NCBI GenBank assembly: GCA_964617055.1
Contig: CAZTUZ010000002.1
Span: 9,729-73,728 of the forward strand
Source of the DNA: an uncultured Thiothrix sp.
Lineage (GTDB): Bacteria; Pseudomonadota; Gammaproteobacteria; Thiotrichales; Thiotrichaceae
DNA length: 64,000 bases
Direction of reading: 5' to 3'
Made by a program: the position numbers and the translations under genes. The first letter of the stretch is position 1. Each line of letters opens with the position of its first letter. Positions 50,817 through 58,979 of the stretch are shown here, one piece after another. The notes under the pieces are model-generated. The model worked only from the letters and a program-made list of their open reading frames with translations, was not told where the DNA came from and made no database searches.

Positions 50817-53480
50817 TTACATCGGTAGCGTTGTCAAAAACGCGCTGACGCTGGCGGCGGCAGACATCAGCCAAGTAATGGTTTCGCTGGCTTCTTTGAT
50901 GTCTTTGCCGAGCGTGATTGCGCCGAGTGTGCCGTCTTTCATATTGGTTAGGAGTTGGGATAATTTGCCGCGTGTTTCGGGGCTGGCGGTTTCGAGGTTT
51001 TCCAGATGCTCCCGAATTTGTTTCAGCTCCCCATACGCATTGGCTTTGATTTCAAAGTCTGCATCGTGATTTTGCACCTGTTTCATTAACGTCGTTAAGG
51101 CGTTTTGGAAGTCGGTAATCCGTTGTTTGTCATGCTGATTAATAACTACTTTTCCTGAAACGGTTTGATAATGACCCGACCCGCCAATTGCGCCGACGGG
51201 AGCGTGGACATTAATCGTTTGGTGAGTCACGTTGGCGGTTTCTTGCTGCTGTTTCTCTGCTGTCATAATAAACCCCATAATTTTGGTTAAGTCGTAATCA
51301 ATGCCCGTGTCAGAACTGGTAATGGTTTGCCGACGTGCGGCTTCTTTGATGAGGCGATTATACGGGGCTGTTTCCCGTTGTGCTTTGTGTGCGATAAAAC
51401 CTAACTGGTCGCGTCGGGCAAAATCTGGCAAAACCACGTTTTCGGTGAAGCTCAACCCTTTCATGGGTTCTAATAAGCGGCGAATTTCGTCGCGTAAGAC
51501 GGCTAAATATTCGCGTAATGCACCACCTTGCACCCATAAAGACAAACGCCGTTGGGTGTAATCAACCTGCAAACGCGCTTTGGCTTGATACAGTTGGTTA
51601 CGGAGAATCACACCTTGTTGCCAAACCAATTGTTGGTGCTGTTGGTTTTCCAATATTTCTTTATGCCGTGACACAATCAAATTGGGCATTAAACTGCGTG
51701 GCAATAAACCGTCAAAATCAAACTCAAAAGCAACGGTATCCGGTGTTTCTTGGAAGTAACCGCGTAAATCGGGCTGGTTTTCAGGGAGTTTATCGGGGAT
51801 AACCAACCGTTTTTGGTGCTGTTGAGTTTTATCGTGCATTTCGTAACACAAACCGAACCGCGACATGGCATCCACAATAAAACGGCATTTGGCGGTGGGG
51901 TAAGTCAATACATTACCCAGCTCGTCCACGACTTGTTCAGCTTGCAAAATACTTCGCACATCATTATCACACAGTAAACCCCATTGCCTTGCCGTTGTCT
52001 CAGCGTAAAGCAGGGTATAAACGCCGTAGGTGAGCCAACGCGGATTGAGCACATACGCCTCTGACCATGCCAAATCAGGAAAATGCACGATTTCGCCCAA
52101 ACTATCCAATAAACCCAAAAACGCGGTTTTATCCAGCCCGACTTGACCAATCTCGTGTTCACCACACAGCTTATCAAAGGCTTCATCATCTAAAAACGCA
52201 CTGTGGCGCGAACGCTCCCGCAGTGTTTCCAGCATGGTGAATTGTTGTGGGGTAAACATGACTTGGTGCGTATCTACCCGCTTTAGATTTTCCACCAAAT
52301 CATCGTGAAAAGTCTGAAAACGGTTACGGTAGCTTTGTTCGGTTGCGGTGCAAGAAATGGCGTAAAAATCGAGAATATTCGGGTATTTTTCGCGTAAGGC
52401 ATTCATGTCCAGATTAACGCTGGCTTTGTCGGCTTTATTGCCGACCAGCATCACGGGTGCTGCATTACCAAAGGCTTTAATGTGTTCCAACCAATAGGCG
52501 GCGCGGTCATTGGCGGTCATGTGTTCGCGTTTTTCGCGTTCTGAACCCGCATCCACCAACAAAATGTATAAACAGCGTTCACGCAGGAAAAATTGGTGCA
52601 TGGCGTGTGACATGACTTGTCCGCCGAAATCCCAAAAGCGGGCTTTAATTGCGCTGTTGGGTAAACACCACTGCTTGATTTCAATACCAGCGGTCATGCT
52701 TTCTTGATCTTCAATGACTGCCTCACCGTGCAAGCGTCGAATGAGCGAGGTTTTGCCAACTGCGCCATCACCAATGAAAATTGCCCTCACCAAATTCAGC
52801 GGCGATAACGCAGGTACAAACAAACTCATGAAATACGCATTAGTTGCTTTTGCCCCTTGCACCAAAATCTCATCTGGAATACTAAACCACTTAGCTTCTA
52901 CTTCAGGGGCTAGCGGTTTGCCATTGATACGATCCTCATACCAATCTAGCCAATGTTCAAAACCCTCGTCTAACTCCAGAACCGCTTGCCGAAAACGTTG
53001 GTAAAGAGCTTGCCATTCCTCAGGAATACCCTCTGACCATAATGGCAGTGCAGCGAATTGTTGTGCCGATGATATTTGTTTCGTCTGTGAGGGCAATTGA
53101 AGGCGTTGCAAATCCAGCTCAATGGCTACGGTTATCGTGGTTTGTTTAGCGGCATTGGCGGCGACATAGGCTCTAGCAGAGGTATAGGCAGCAGTGCCTC
53201 TGATGGTGGCATTGGCTCTGGAGGAGGCAGTGCTAGCAGCACCAGAAGTAACGTAGACGGCATAGGTGGCGGAATCGTCTCTGATGACAGAGGTATCGGC
53301 GGCTCTGGCGGCTTTATAGGCGGCATCGGCGGCTTTTTCGGTATAGGCGGCGGCTTTGGCATTCACTGCGTAACGCAGCGCGTTCCAGACCGCCAATAAG
53401 TGCTTGCTACGTTCTGTTTTTTTCCAATAGCTAAAATTGCCATGCTTATTATCGTGGATCAACAGTGGCAATACGCGCAA
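50817..53480 (-). CDS. Roc-COR (ROCO-type) GTPase with unassigned N- and C-terminal modules
   Basis: 887 codons from the TTG at 53480. G1 is GDGAVGKTS, G3 WDFGGQ, G4 GNKAD and G5 SCTA. These are followed by COR-like blocks (YVLNPRWLTYGVYTLLY, FIVDAMSRFGLCYE, LVIPDKLPENQP). An SD plus ATG at 53561 is in the same frame but is separated by a TAA at 53513-53511. Confidence 0.8.
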   Translation of the reverse strand: MRVLPLLIHDNKHGNFSYWKKTERSKHLLAVWNALRYAVNAKAAAYTEKAADAAYKAARAADTSVIRDDSATYAVYVTSGAASTASSRANATIRGTAAYTSARAYVAANAAKQTTITVAIELDLQRLQLPSQTKQISSAQQFAALPLWSEGIPEEWQALYQRFRQAVLELDEGFEHWLDWYEDRINGKPLAPEVEAKWFSIPDEILVQGAKATNAYFMSLFVPALSPLNLVRAIFIGDGAVGKTSLIRRLHGEAVIEDQESMTAGIEIKQWCLPNSAIKARFWDFGGQVMSHAMHQFFLRERCLYILLVDAGSEREKREHMTANDRAAYWLEHIKAFGNAAPVMLVGNKADKASVNLDMNALREKYPNILDFYAISCTATEQSYRNRFQTFHDDLVENLKRVDTHQVMFTPQQFTMLETLRERSRHSAFLDDEAFDKLCGEHEIGQVGLDKTAFLGLLDSLGEIVHFPDLAWSEAYVLNPRWLTYGVYTLLYAETTARQWGLLCDNDVRSILQAEQVVDELGNVLTYPTAKCRFIVDAMSRFGLCYEMHDKTQQHQKRLVIPDKLPENQPDLRGYFQETPDTVAFEFDFDGLLPRSLMPNLIVSRHKEILENQQHQQLVWQQGVILRNQLYQAKARLQVDYTQRRLSLWVQGGALREYLAVLRDEIRRLLEPMKGLSFTENVVLPDFARRDQLGFIAHKAQRETAPYNRLIKEAARRQTITSSDTGIDYDLTKIMGFIMTAEKQQQETANVTHQTINVHAPVGAIGGSGHYQTVSGKVVINQHDKQRITDFQNALTTLMKQVQNHDADFEIKANAYGELKQIREHLENLETASPETRGKLSQLLTNMKDGTLGAITLGKDIKEASETITWLMSAAASVSAFLTTLPM

Positions 53481-53584
53481 AGCACAACGAGCCGCAAAAA
53501 TGGTACACAGTTAAGGGTCAATACCCTGTAATCGTTGCTCAATTTCTTCCCGTGTCAGCATGTTGCTCTCTCCGCTTGCACCGT

Positions 53585-53604
53585 CAATATTGCGCAATAT
53601 TGCG
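53585..53604. promoter_or_regulatory. tandem 10-bp repeat caatattgcg x2 (each contains the palindrome CAATATTG) at the ROCO gene promoter
   Basis: Read directly. The repeats sit between a minus-strand TATAAT (53612-53607) and the GGAGAG SD of the ATG at 53561. Confidence 0.4.
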
Positions 53605-53728
53605 TCATTATAGGGTAAAGCGTGGCAATTAAGCAGGATAATGAGAGCCGCTAATCCTCGCGCTGCTGTGTTCAAACGCGCTGTGGTAGTATGCGGGGCT
53701 TTCCATTACCGCGCTATCGTTTCACGTT

Positions 53729-54913
53729 ATGACATCACCATCCTCAATATCCGCGCCCGTCAAGCCGCCGTATGTGCGGCTTTCGACGTTTTATTTCGTG
53801 TATTTTCTAGCGTTGGGGGTATTTGTTCCGTATTGGTCGTTGTATTTGCAGCACGTCGCACAGTTTTCGCCTGCGCAAATCGGCGAGTTAATGGCGGTGT
53901 TCATGGCATCGAAAGTGGTCGCGCCGTTTGCGTGGGGTTGGTTGGCAGATTACACAGGGCAGCGATTACGCATTATCCGGTTGGCGAGTTTCTTGGCGAC
54001 GCTGTGTTTTGCGGGGATGTATTGGCAGCAAACTTACGCTTGGGTGTTGGTGGTGATGGCGGGGTTTGGGTTTTTCTGGAATGCGTCATTGCCGCAGTTT
54101 GAAGCCTTGACGCTGGCGCATTTGGGCGCGGAGGTGCGGCGTTACAGCGCGATTCGTTTGTGGGGTTCGATTGGGTTTATTGTGATGGTGTTGTGGTTGC
54201 CGACGTGGTTAAACGGGCAATTCGCGCCTTTATTGAATGTGTTATTGCTGTGTTTTGCGGCGATTTGGTTATCGACGTGGTTGGTGCGCGACAAGCCGCA
54301 AACCTTCGCCGCCCCTGCTCGTGGTGAATTGCGCCAAGTGTTGAAACATTCTGGCATTGGCATGTTATTGCTGGCGTGCGCGTTGCAACAAGCCAGCCAC
54401 GGGGTTTATTACACGTTTTTCAGCATTTATTTGGAAGATCACGGTTATTCGCTGGGTTTTGTGCGTTGGATGTGGGCATTGGGTGTGATTGCTGAAGTGA
54501 TATTATTCGTGTTCATGCACCGTTTGATTCAACGCTTTGGCGCGAGCCGTTTGTTTATACTGGCGTTGTTTTTAACAGGCGTGCGCTGGATTTTATTGGG
54601 GAAATACGTCGATGTATTGCCGATGTTGTTGCTGGCACAGGTATTACACGCGGCGACTTATGGCTTATTCCATGCGGCGGCGATTCATTTAGTGCATCAT
54701 GTGTTTAGTGGACGTTTGCAAGGACGTGGGCAAGCGTTATATTCCGGTGTCAGTTATGGCTTAGGTGGCGCGGTGGGGAGTTTACTCAGCGGTTACAGTT
54801 GGCAATGGTTCGGCGCGGAACAGACGTTTTTCATTGCCACGGTGGTGGTGAATGTGGGGTTATTCGTGAGTTTGAAAGCTTTGTTGGAATTGGGGAGGAA
54901 ATATGCAGACTGA
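53729..54913 (+). CDS. MFS transporter (HcaT/PPP-like family, tentative)
   Basis: 394 aa with 12 predicted TM-like hydrophobic segments. N-terminal motif YFVYFLALGVFVPYWSLYL...WGWLADYTGQR. Confidence 0.8.
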   Translation: MTSPSSISAPVKPPYVRLSTFYFVYFLALGVFVPYWSLYLQHVAQFSPAQIGELMAVFMASKVVAPFAWGWLADYTGQRLRIIRLASFLATLCFAGMYWQQTYAWVLVVMAGFGFFWNASLPQFEALTLAHLGAEVRRYSAIRLWGSIGFIVMVLWLPTWLNGQFAPLLNVLLLCFAAIWLSTWLVRDKPQTFAAPARGELRQVLKHSGIGMLLLACALQQASHGVYYTFFSIYLEDHGYSLGFVRWMWALGVIAEVILFVFMHRLIQRFGASRLFILALFLTGVRWILLGKYVDVLPMLLLAQVLHAATYGLFHAAAIHLVHHVFSGRLQGRGQALYSGVSYGLGGAVGSLLSGYSWQWFGAEQTFFIATVVVNVGLFVSLKALLELGRKYAD

Positions 54914-55685
54914 TGCGTTAGATGCCAGCCAGATTCACGCGGCATTATCGCCCGCCGCACAAGCAGCGGTGGCAGCGATTCACGTTTTCCCTGAACTGGA
55001 TTCCACCAATCGCTGGGCATTGGAACACGGGCAATGTGGCGAGGTGTGTTTAGCCGAACAGCAAACCGCCGGACGCGGACGGCGTGGGCGACAATGGCAA
55101 TCACCGCACGGTTTGAACGTTTACTTATCATTGCGTTGGTGTTTTCCGAGCGTGCCGCAACAATTGCCGTTATTGAGTTTGGTCACGGGCATGGCGGTGG
55201 CAGAAGCCTTGCACGACTGCGGCATACGCGGACACGGTTTGAAATGGCCGAATGACATTTACCACGCTAACCAAAAATTGGGCGGTATTTTATTGGAAGC
55301 GGTGGGTTCGTTGCAGCAAGTGGTGCTCGGTATTGGGTTGAACGTGAATATGCTACCCGACGCGACGACTGCTAGCATCGACCAGCCGTGGACGAGTTTA
55401 CGCACTTTGCACGGTAAGCATGTCGAACGTAATAGCTTGGTGGCAGCCATCTTGCAGCGTTTGTTGGAGCATTTACAAGCGTTCCCGAACTTGGATAATA
55501 CAGCCTTCCAACGCGCATGGCAGGATTGGGACATCTTGGCGCAACGCCCAGTGCGGGTGATTGCGGGGCAAACAGTCTGGGATGGGCTGGCGGAGGGAGT
55601 CGATAGTCAAGGACAATTACGACTAAAATTAAGCGATGGATTATTGAAAGTTTTTTCTTCAGCGGATGTATCGGTGCGGATGTGA
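54903..55685 (+). CDS. birA: biotin--[acetyl-CoA-carboxylase] ligase (no N-terminal HTH)
   Basis: 260 aa with the GRGRRGRQWQSP motif and KWPNDI. Confidence 0.9.
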   Translation: MQTDALDASQIHAALSPAAQAAVAAIHVFPELDSTNRWALEHGQCGEVCLAEQQTAGRGRRGRQWQSPHGLNVYLSLRWCFPSVPQQLPLLSLVTGMAVAEALHDCGIRGHGLKWPNDIYHANQKLGGILLEAVGSLQQVVLGIGLNVNMLPDATTASIDQPWTSLRTLHGKHVERNSLVAAILQRLLEHLQAFPNLDNTAFQRAWQDWDILAQRPVRVIAGQTVWDGLAEGVDSQGQLRLKLSDGLLKVFSSADVSVRM

Positions 55686-56446
55686 CAATTTTGCTGGTAG
55701 ATGCAGGCAATTCACGCCTGAAATGGTCGGAACTGGACGCAACGGGTAATACATCGGTGCAGCAGGCGCGTGCTTATGCGGGTCAACCGCCGTTAGCGAG
55801 CTTTCTAGCCTTGTTGGATGCTTACCCCACGATTCGCCACATTACCTTGGTGCATGTTTTAACGCCGTTCTTTGCCGAAAGCGTGGAGCATTTGTGCCAA
55901 GAACGCGGGATTCAGTTACGCATTGCGCGTTCGGTGGAACACGCTTATGGCATTACTTCCGGCTATCAACAACCGCAGAGTTTGGGTGCGGATCGTTTTG
56001 TCGGTTTGGTGGCGGCACGGCAATTAGCCCAACAAGCCGCGAGTATTGTGATTGATTGCGGTACGGCGGTGACGATTGATGCGATTGATGAACACGGGCG
56101 ACATTGGGGCGGTACGATTCTGCCTGGATTGCAATTGTCGGCAGATGCCTTAATCGCACGAGCACAAGGCAAACTCAGTGTCGCGTTTGACGAACCCAGC
56201 GTGTTTGCCGATGGCACGAGTCGTGCGATTGGTGGCGGGTGTTTATTCGGTTTAATTGGCGCAATCGAAGGCATTTGTGCGCGGATTCAGCAGACGATGG
56301 CAGTACCTTTGGTGCGTATCATTACGGGCGGTGACGCTGAACGGTTATGCACATGGTTGCAAGGGGATTATGTGGTACAGCCCGATTTACTCATGCAAGG
56401 TCTGCGCTACATCACGCAGCAGGATAACGCATGTATCCCTTGTTGA
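55682..56446 (+). CDS. coaX: type III pantothenate kinase
   Basis: 254 aa with LLVDAGNSRLKW and DCGTAVTID motifs. It is coupled to birA. Confidence 0.93.
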   Translation: MTILLVDAGNSRLKWSELDATGNTSVQQARAYAGQPPLASFLALLDAYPTIRHITLVHVLTPFFAESVEHLCQERGIQLRIARSVEHAYGITSGYQQPQSLGADRFVGLVAARQLAQQAASIVIDCGTAVTIDAIDEHGRHWGGTILPGLQLSADALIARAQGKLSVAFDEPSVFADGTSRAIGGGCLFGLIGAIEGICARIQQTMAVPLVRIITGGDAERLCTWLQGDYVVQPDLLMQGLRYITQQDNACIPC

Positions 56447-57075
56447 TTGCGTTGGTATTGCTGAATGTATCGTTATTGGCATGGAACGTGGTGTTATCGC
56501 CTGATGCGGATTATGCACGTCCGGCATTGACCGAGCCGAATATCCCCACGCTGGAACTGCGACAGGATGTTTCCAATATTGCGTATCAAAGCGTTCAAGG
56601 TAATACGCAAAGCAGTTGTTACACGCTAGGGCCTTACAATAGCGAACGTGCCGCGCAATTGGTGGCGGGTAAGATTCGCGGCTTTGGTTTGGCGGTAACG
56701 ATTCGCGCTATGCAAAGTTTAGAAACCTTAAATTTTCTGGTGTACATTCCACCGCAGGCGGATTATGCCGCTGCCGATAAGATTGCGCACGATATTGCTC
56801 AAGCCGATGTGCCAGATGTGGTGATTATCAACGATGGTCCATACAAAAACGCCATTTCATTGGGGTTCTTCAATAATTTGAATAAAGCCAAACGCCATGC
56901 CGAATACATTCGTTATTTGGGCTACGACGCGCAATACACCGAACAACAAGCCCCGCGTGAAGTATTTTGGCTGGATTATGACGAACCATTTGGCAGTAAC
57001 GCGCCCGTGCAAGCGTGGAGTGCTGCGATTGATGCCACTTCGGAAGTGCAACGCATTCCGCGTGCTTGTGGTTAA
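56431..57075 (+). CDS. membrane-anchored protein with SPOR-like repeats (tentative)
   Basis: 214 aa with an N-terminal TM and two segments resembling SPOR domains (CYTLGPYNSERAAQLVAGKIRGFG; ISLGFFNNLNKAKRHAEYIRYLGY). A SPOR gene commonly follows birA-coaX. Confidence 0.45.
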   Translation: MYPLLIALVLLNVSLLAWNVVLSPDADYARPALTEPNIPTLELRQDVSNIAYQSVQGNTQSSCYTLGPYNSERAAQLVAGKIRGFGLAVTIRAMQSLETLNFLVYIPPQADYAAADKIAHDIAQADVPDVVIINDGPYKNAISLGFFNNLNKAKRHAEYIRYLGYDAQYTEQQAPREVFWLDYDEPFGSNAPVQAWSAAIDATSEVQRIPRACG

Positions 57076-57084
57076 GGAGTTCTC

Positions 57085-57516
57085 ATGCAAGCTTTGTTAA
57101 TCATTGCCCACGGTAGTCGCCGTGCGGAATCCAATGCTGAAATCCGTGCGCTTGCCGCACACATTGCGGCATTATCGGGTAATCGTTACGGTTTTGTGGG
57201 TAGTGCGTTCTTGGAATTAGCCGAACCGTCGATCCCCGATGGTATTCAACAATGTGTGAATGCGGGGGCGACGACTATTACCATTATGCCGTTTTTCTTA
57301 TCAGCAGGGCGGCATGTCGTGACGGATGTGCCGCAACAGGTACACGAAAAATTGCAAGCGTTCCCGCAGATTGGGGTTAAGTTCGCACCGTATTTGGGGG
57401 TGTCGCGTTTAATGCCAAGCTTGATTTTGCAGTCCGCGCAAGCGGCTTGTGATTGTCAGCAAGGGCAGTGTCGTTATCCGGCATGTTTGCCCGCGCAAGC
57501 TGTTGGCGAGGTGTAA
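57085..57516 (+). CDS. CbiX/SirB-type sirohydrochlorin chelatase (short form)
   Basis: 143 aa. MQALLIIAHGSRRAESN...MPFFLSAGRHV is typical of the CbiX(S) class. A Cys-rich C-terminus is present. Confidence 0.75.
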   Translation: MQALLIIAHGSRRAESNAEIRALAAHIAALSGNRYGFVGSAFLELAEPSIPDGIQQCVNAGATTITIMPFFLSAGRHVVTDVPQQVHEKLQAFPQIGVKFAPYLGVSRLMPSLILQSAQAACDCQQGQCRYPACLPAQAVGEV

Positions 57517-57522
57517 AAGAGG

Positions 57523-57712
57523 GGGGACACGCTCCAAAATATCGTGGAGAACTTCGACCTTGAACCAATGGTTCAAGTGGGTGCGGTGAGTGTATATCAG
57601 GCTTACCGTCTTGCGGTCATGCACACCAAGACACTACAACCACTCCCGGGGTAAGTAATTAGGCTCAAGGATAATACCCATCCTCTCACGAGTGCCCCAG
57701 AGGTGTCCTTGA
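57523..57712 (-). ncRNA. ssrS: 6S RNA
   Basis: Located directly downstream of zapA on the same strand, as in E. coli. The minus strand contains CCUUGAGCCUAAUUACUUACC and CACUUGAACCAUUGGUUCAAGG, matching E. coli CCCUGAGCCGAUAUUUCAUACC and CACCUUGAACCAAGGGUUCAAGG. A long imperfect closing helix pairs GGACACC (57708-57702) with GGAGCGUGUCC (57535-57525). Confidence 0.85.
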
Positions 57713-57759
57713 ACCCATACTATTACATTTGTGTGTCGGGGGGAAGAATTGACAAATGC

Positions 57760-58071
57760 TTAACGTTTGTGCCTTTCCAGTGTTTCCTCAACGCGCTGCT
57801 GTAATTTCTCCATTTTTTCAAGGGGTTCACTTAAGTTAAGTGCGGGGGCGGCGGAAGGTGGGTTATGCAGTAATTCGTGTGCGAGGTTTAATGCTACCAT
57901 CACGGCAATGCGATCCGTGCCTAATACTTTGCCTGTTTCGCGGATACGACGCATTTCTTTATCTACCCGTTTAGCCGCAGCGACTAACGCGCCTTGTTCT
58001 CCTTCGGGGCAGGCGATAACGTAATCCTTATCGAGAATACGAACCGTAACGGGTTTGATCGTTTTTTCCAT
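57760..58071 (-). CDS. zapA: cell division protein ZapA
   Basis: 103 aa: VTVRILDKDYVIACPEGEQGALVAAAKRVDKEMRRIRE... Confidence 0.9.
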   Translation of the reverse strand: MEKTIKPVTVRILDKDYVIACPEGEQGALVAAAKRVDKEMRRIRETGKVLGTDRIAVMVALNLAHELLHNPPSAAPALNLSEPLEKMEKLQQRVEETLERHKR

Positions 58072-58099
58072 TGTCTGTCGCGTGTGGTGTGGTAAGGTC

Positions 58100-58336
58100 T
58101 TAAGGTGTTTTTACCGTATAGCTTTTTAGGCGGCTAATGGTCGCTTCTAATTGTGCGCGTGCTTTATCATGGCGTTGGCGCAGCAGGTCGCATTCGGCTT
58201 GTAATGCTTGTTCGCGTTGCTTTAGCTCGCTATTTTCTGTTGATAAATGTTCAACAAGTGCAAGCAGCCGTTCAATGCCTTCTTCAAAGGCATTTAGCTG
58301 ATTTTTTAGTGTAATGTCCGGGGCTTGTGCATTCAT
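58100..58336 (-). CDS. coiled-coil protein upstream of zapA (ZapB-like / TIGR02449-like)
   Basis: 78 aa with heptad-rich sequence. Its position immediately upstream of zapA matches pseudomonads. Confidence 0.5.
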   Translation of the reverse strand: MNAQAPDITLKNQLNAFEEGIERLLALVEHLSTENSELKQREQALQAECDLLRQRHDKARAQLEATISRLKSYTVKTP

Positions 58337-58410
58337 GCGATAATGTTAGTAAAGACTGCTGAATGTGGTCAATCATCTCATAATATGGATTTGTAACGGA
58401 GAAGAAAGTT

Positions 58411-58977
58411 TTGCAAGACGCATTATCCTCACAACCGGATGCTTATTCGCACCTTGAACAAGCTCTGTCGCGCATTGATTGCGATTATTCACCCGCTGAG
58501 GCGCACGGCATGGCCTGTGGTTTATTGGTGATTAATCAAAGTGTTGACCCCGCTGTGTGGTTGAAAACGGTTGTAACAGGCGACCCGAAAGATTTTTATG
58601 TGCAAGAAGCTAAACAATTATTACGCGATCTATTTAATACCACCCGTCAGCAGATGAATGGCGAGGATTTGGATTTTGCGGTGTTTTTACCCGAAGCAGC
58701 CGATTTAGCGTTACAAGTTTATGCCATGCAAGCTTGGTGTCAGGGATTTGGTTTAGGGTTAGCTCAAGCGGGCATTAAAGACCTGAAAAAATTACCCACC
58801 GACTCACGCGAATGGGTCGAAGACGTGGTGAATATTGGCGCGTCGGGTGAATTGGATTTGGACGAACAGGAAGAATCCGAAACCGCGTTTATGGAGTTGG
58901 TTGAATATTTGCGCGTCGGCATATTAATGATGAACGAAGAAATGCAGCCGTTGAAAACATCACCACAGGTACATTGA
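58411..58977 (+). CDS. ygfB: UPF0149 family protein YgfB
   Basis: 188 aa with a TTG start. AEAHGMACGLL and WCQGFGLGL motifs are present. It lies upstream of pepP, as in E. coli and Pseudomonas. Confidence 0.8.
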   Translation: MQDALSSQPDAYSHLEQALSRIDCDYSPAEAHGMACGLLVINQSVDPAVWLKTVVTGDPKDFYVQEAKQLLRDLFNTTRQQMNGEDLDFAVFLPEAADLALQVYAMQAWCQGFGLGLAQAGIKDLKKLPTDSREWVEDVVNIGASGELDLDEQEESETAFMELVEYLRVGILMMNEEMQPLKTSPQVH

Positions 58978-58979
58978 TT

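Noticed and set aside
53097-53399. Gly-rich (+) and Pro-rich (-) ORFs at 53097-53399 and 53132-53362
   Set aside because: They are out-of-frame or antisense translations of the Ala/Tyr repeat tract of the ROCO gene.
53641-54102. 153-aa ORF overlapping the 5-prime end of the MFS gene
   Set aside because: It is in a different frame from a clear 12-TM transporter ORF and has Arg/Ala/Val-rich composition typical of off-frame translation.
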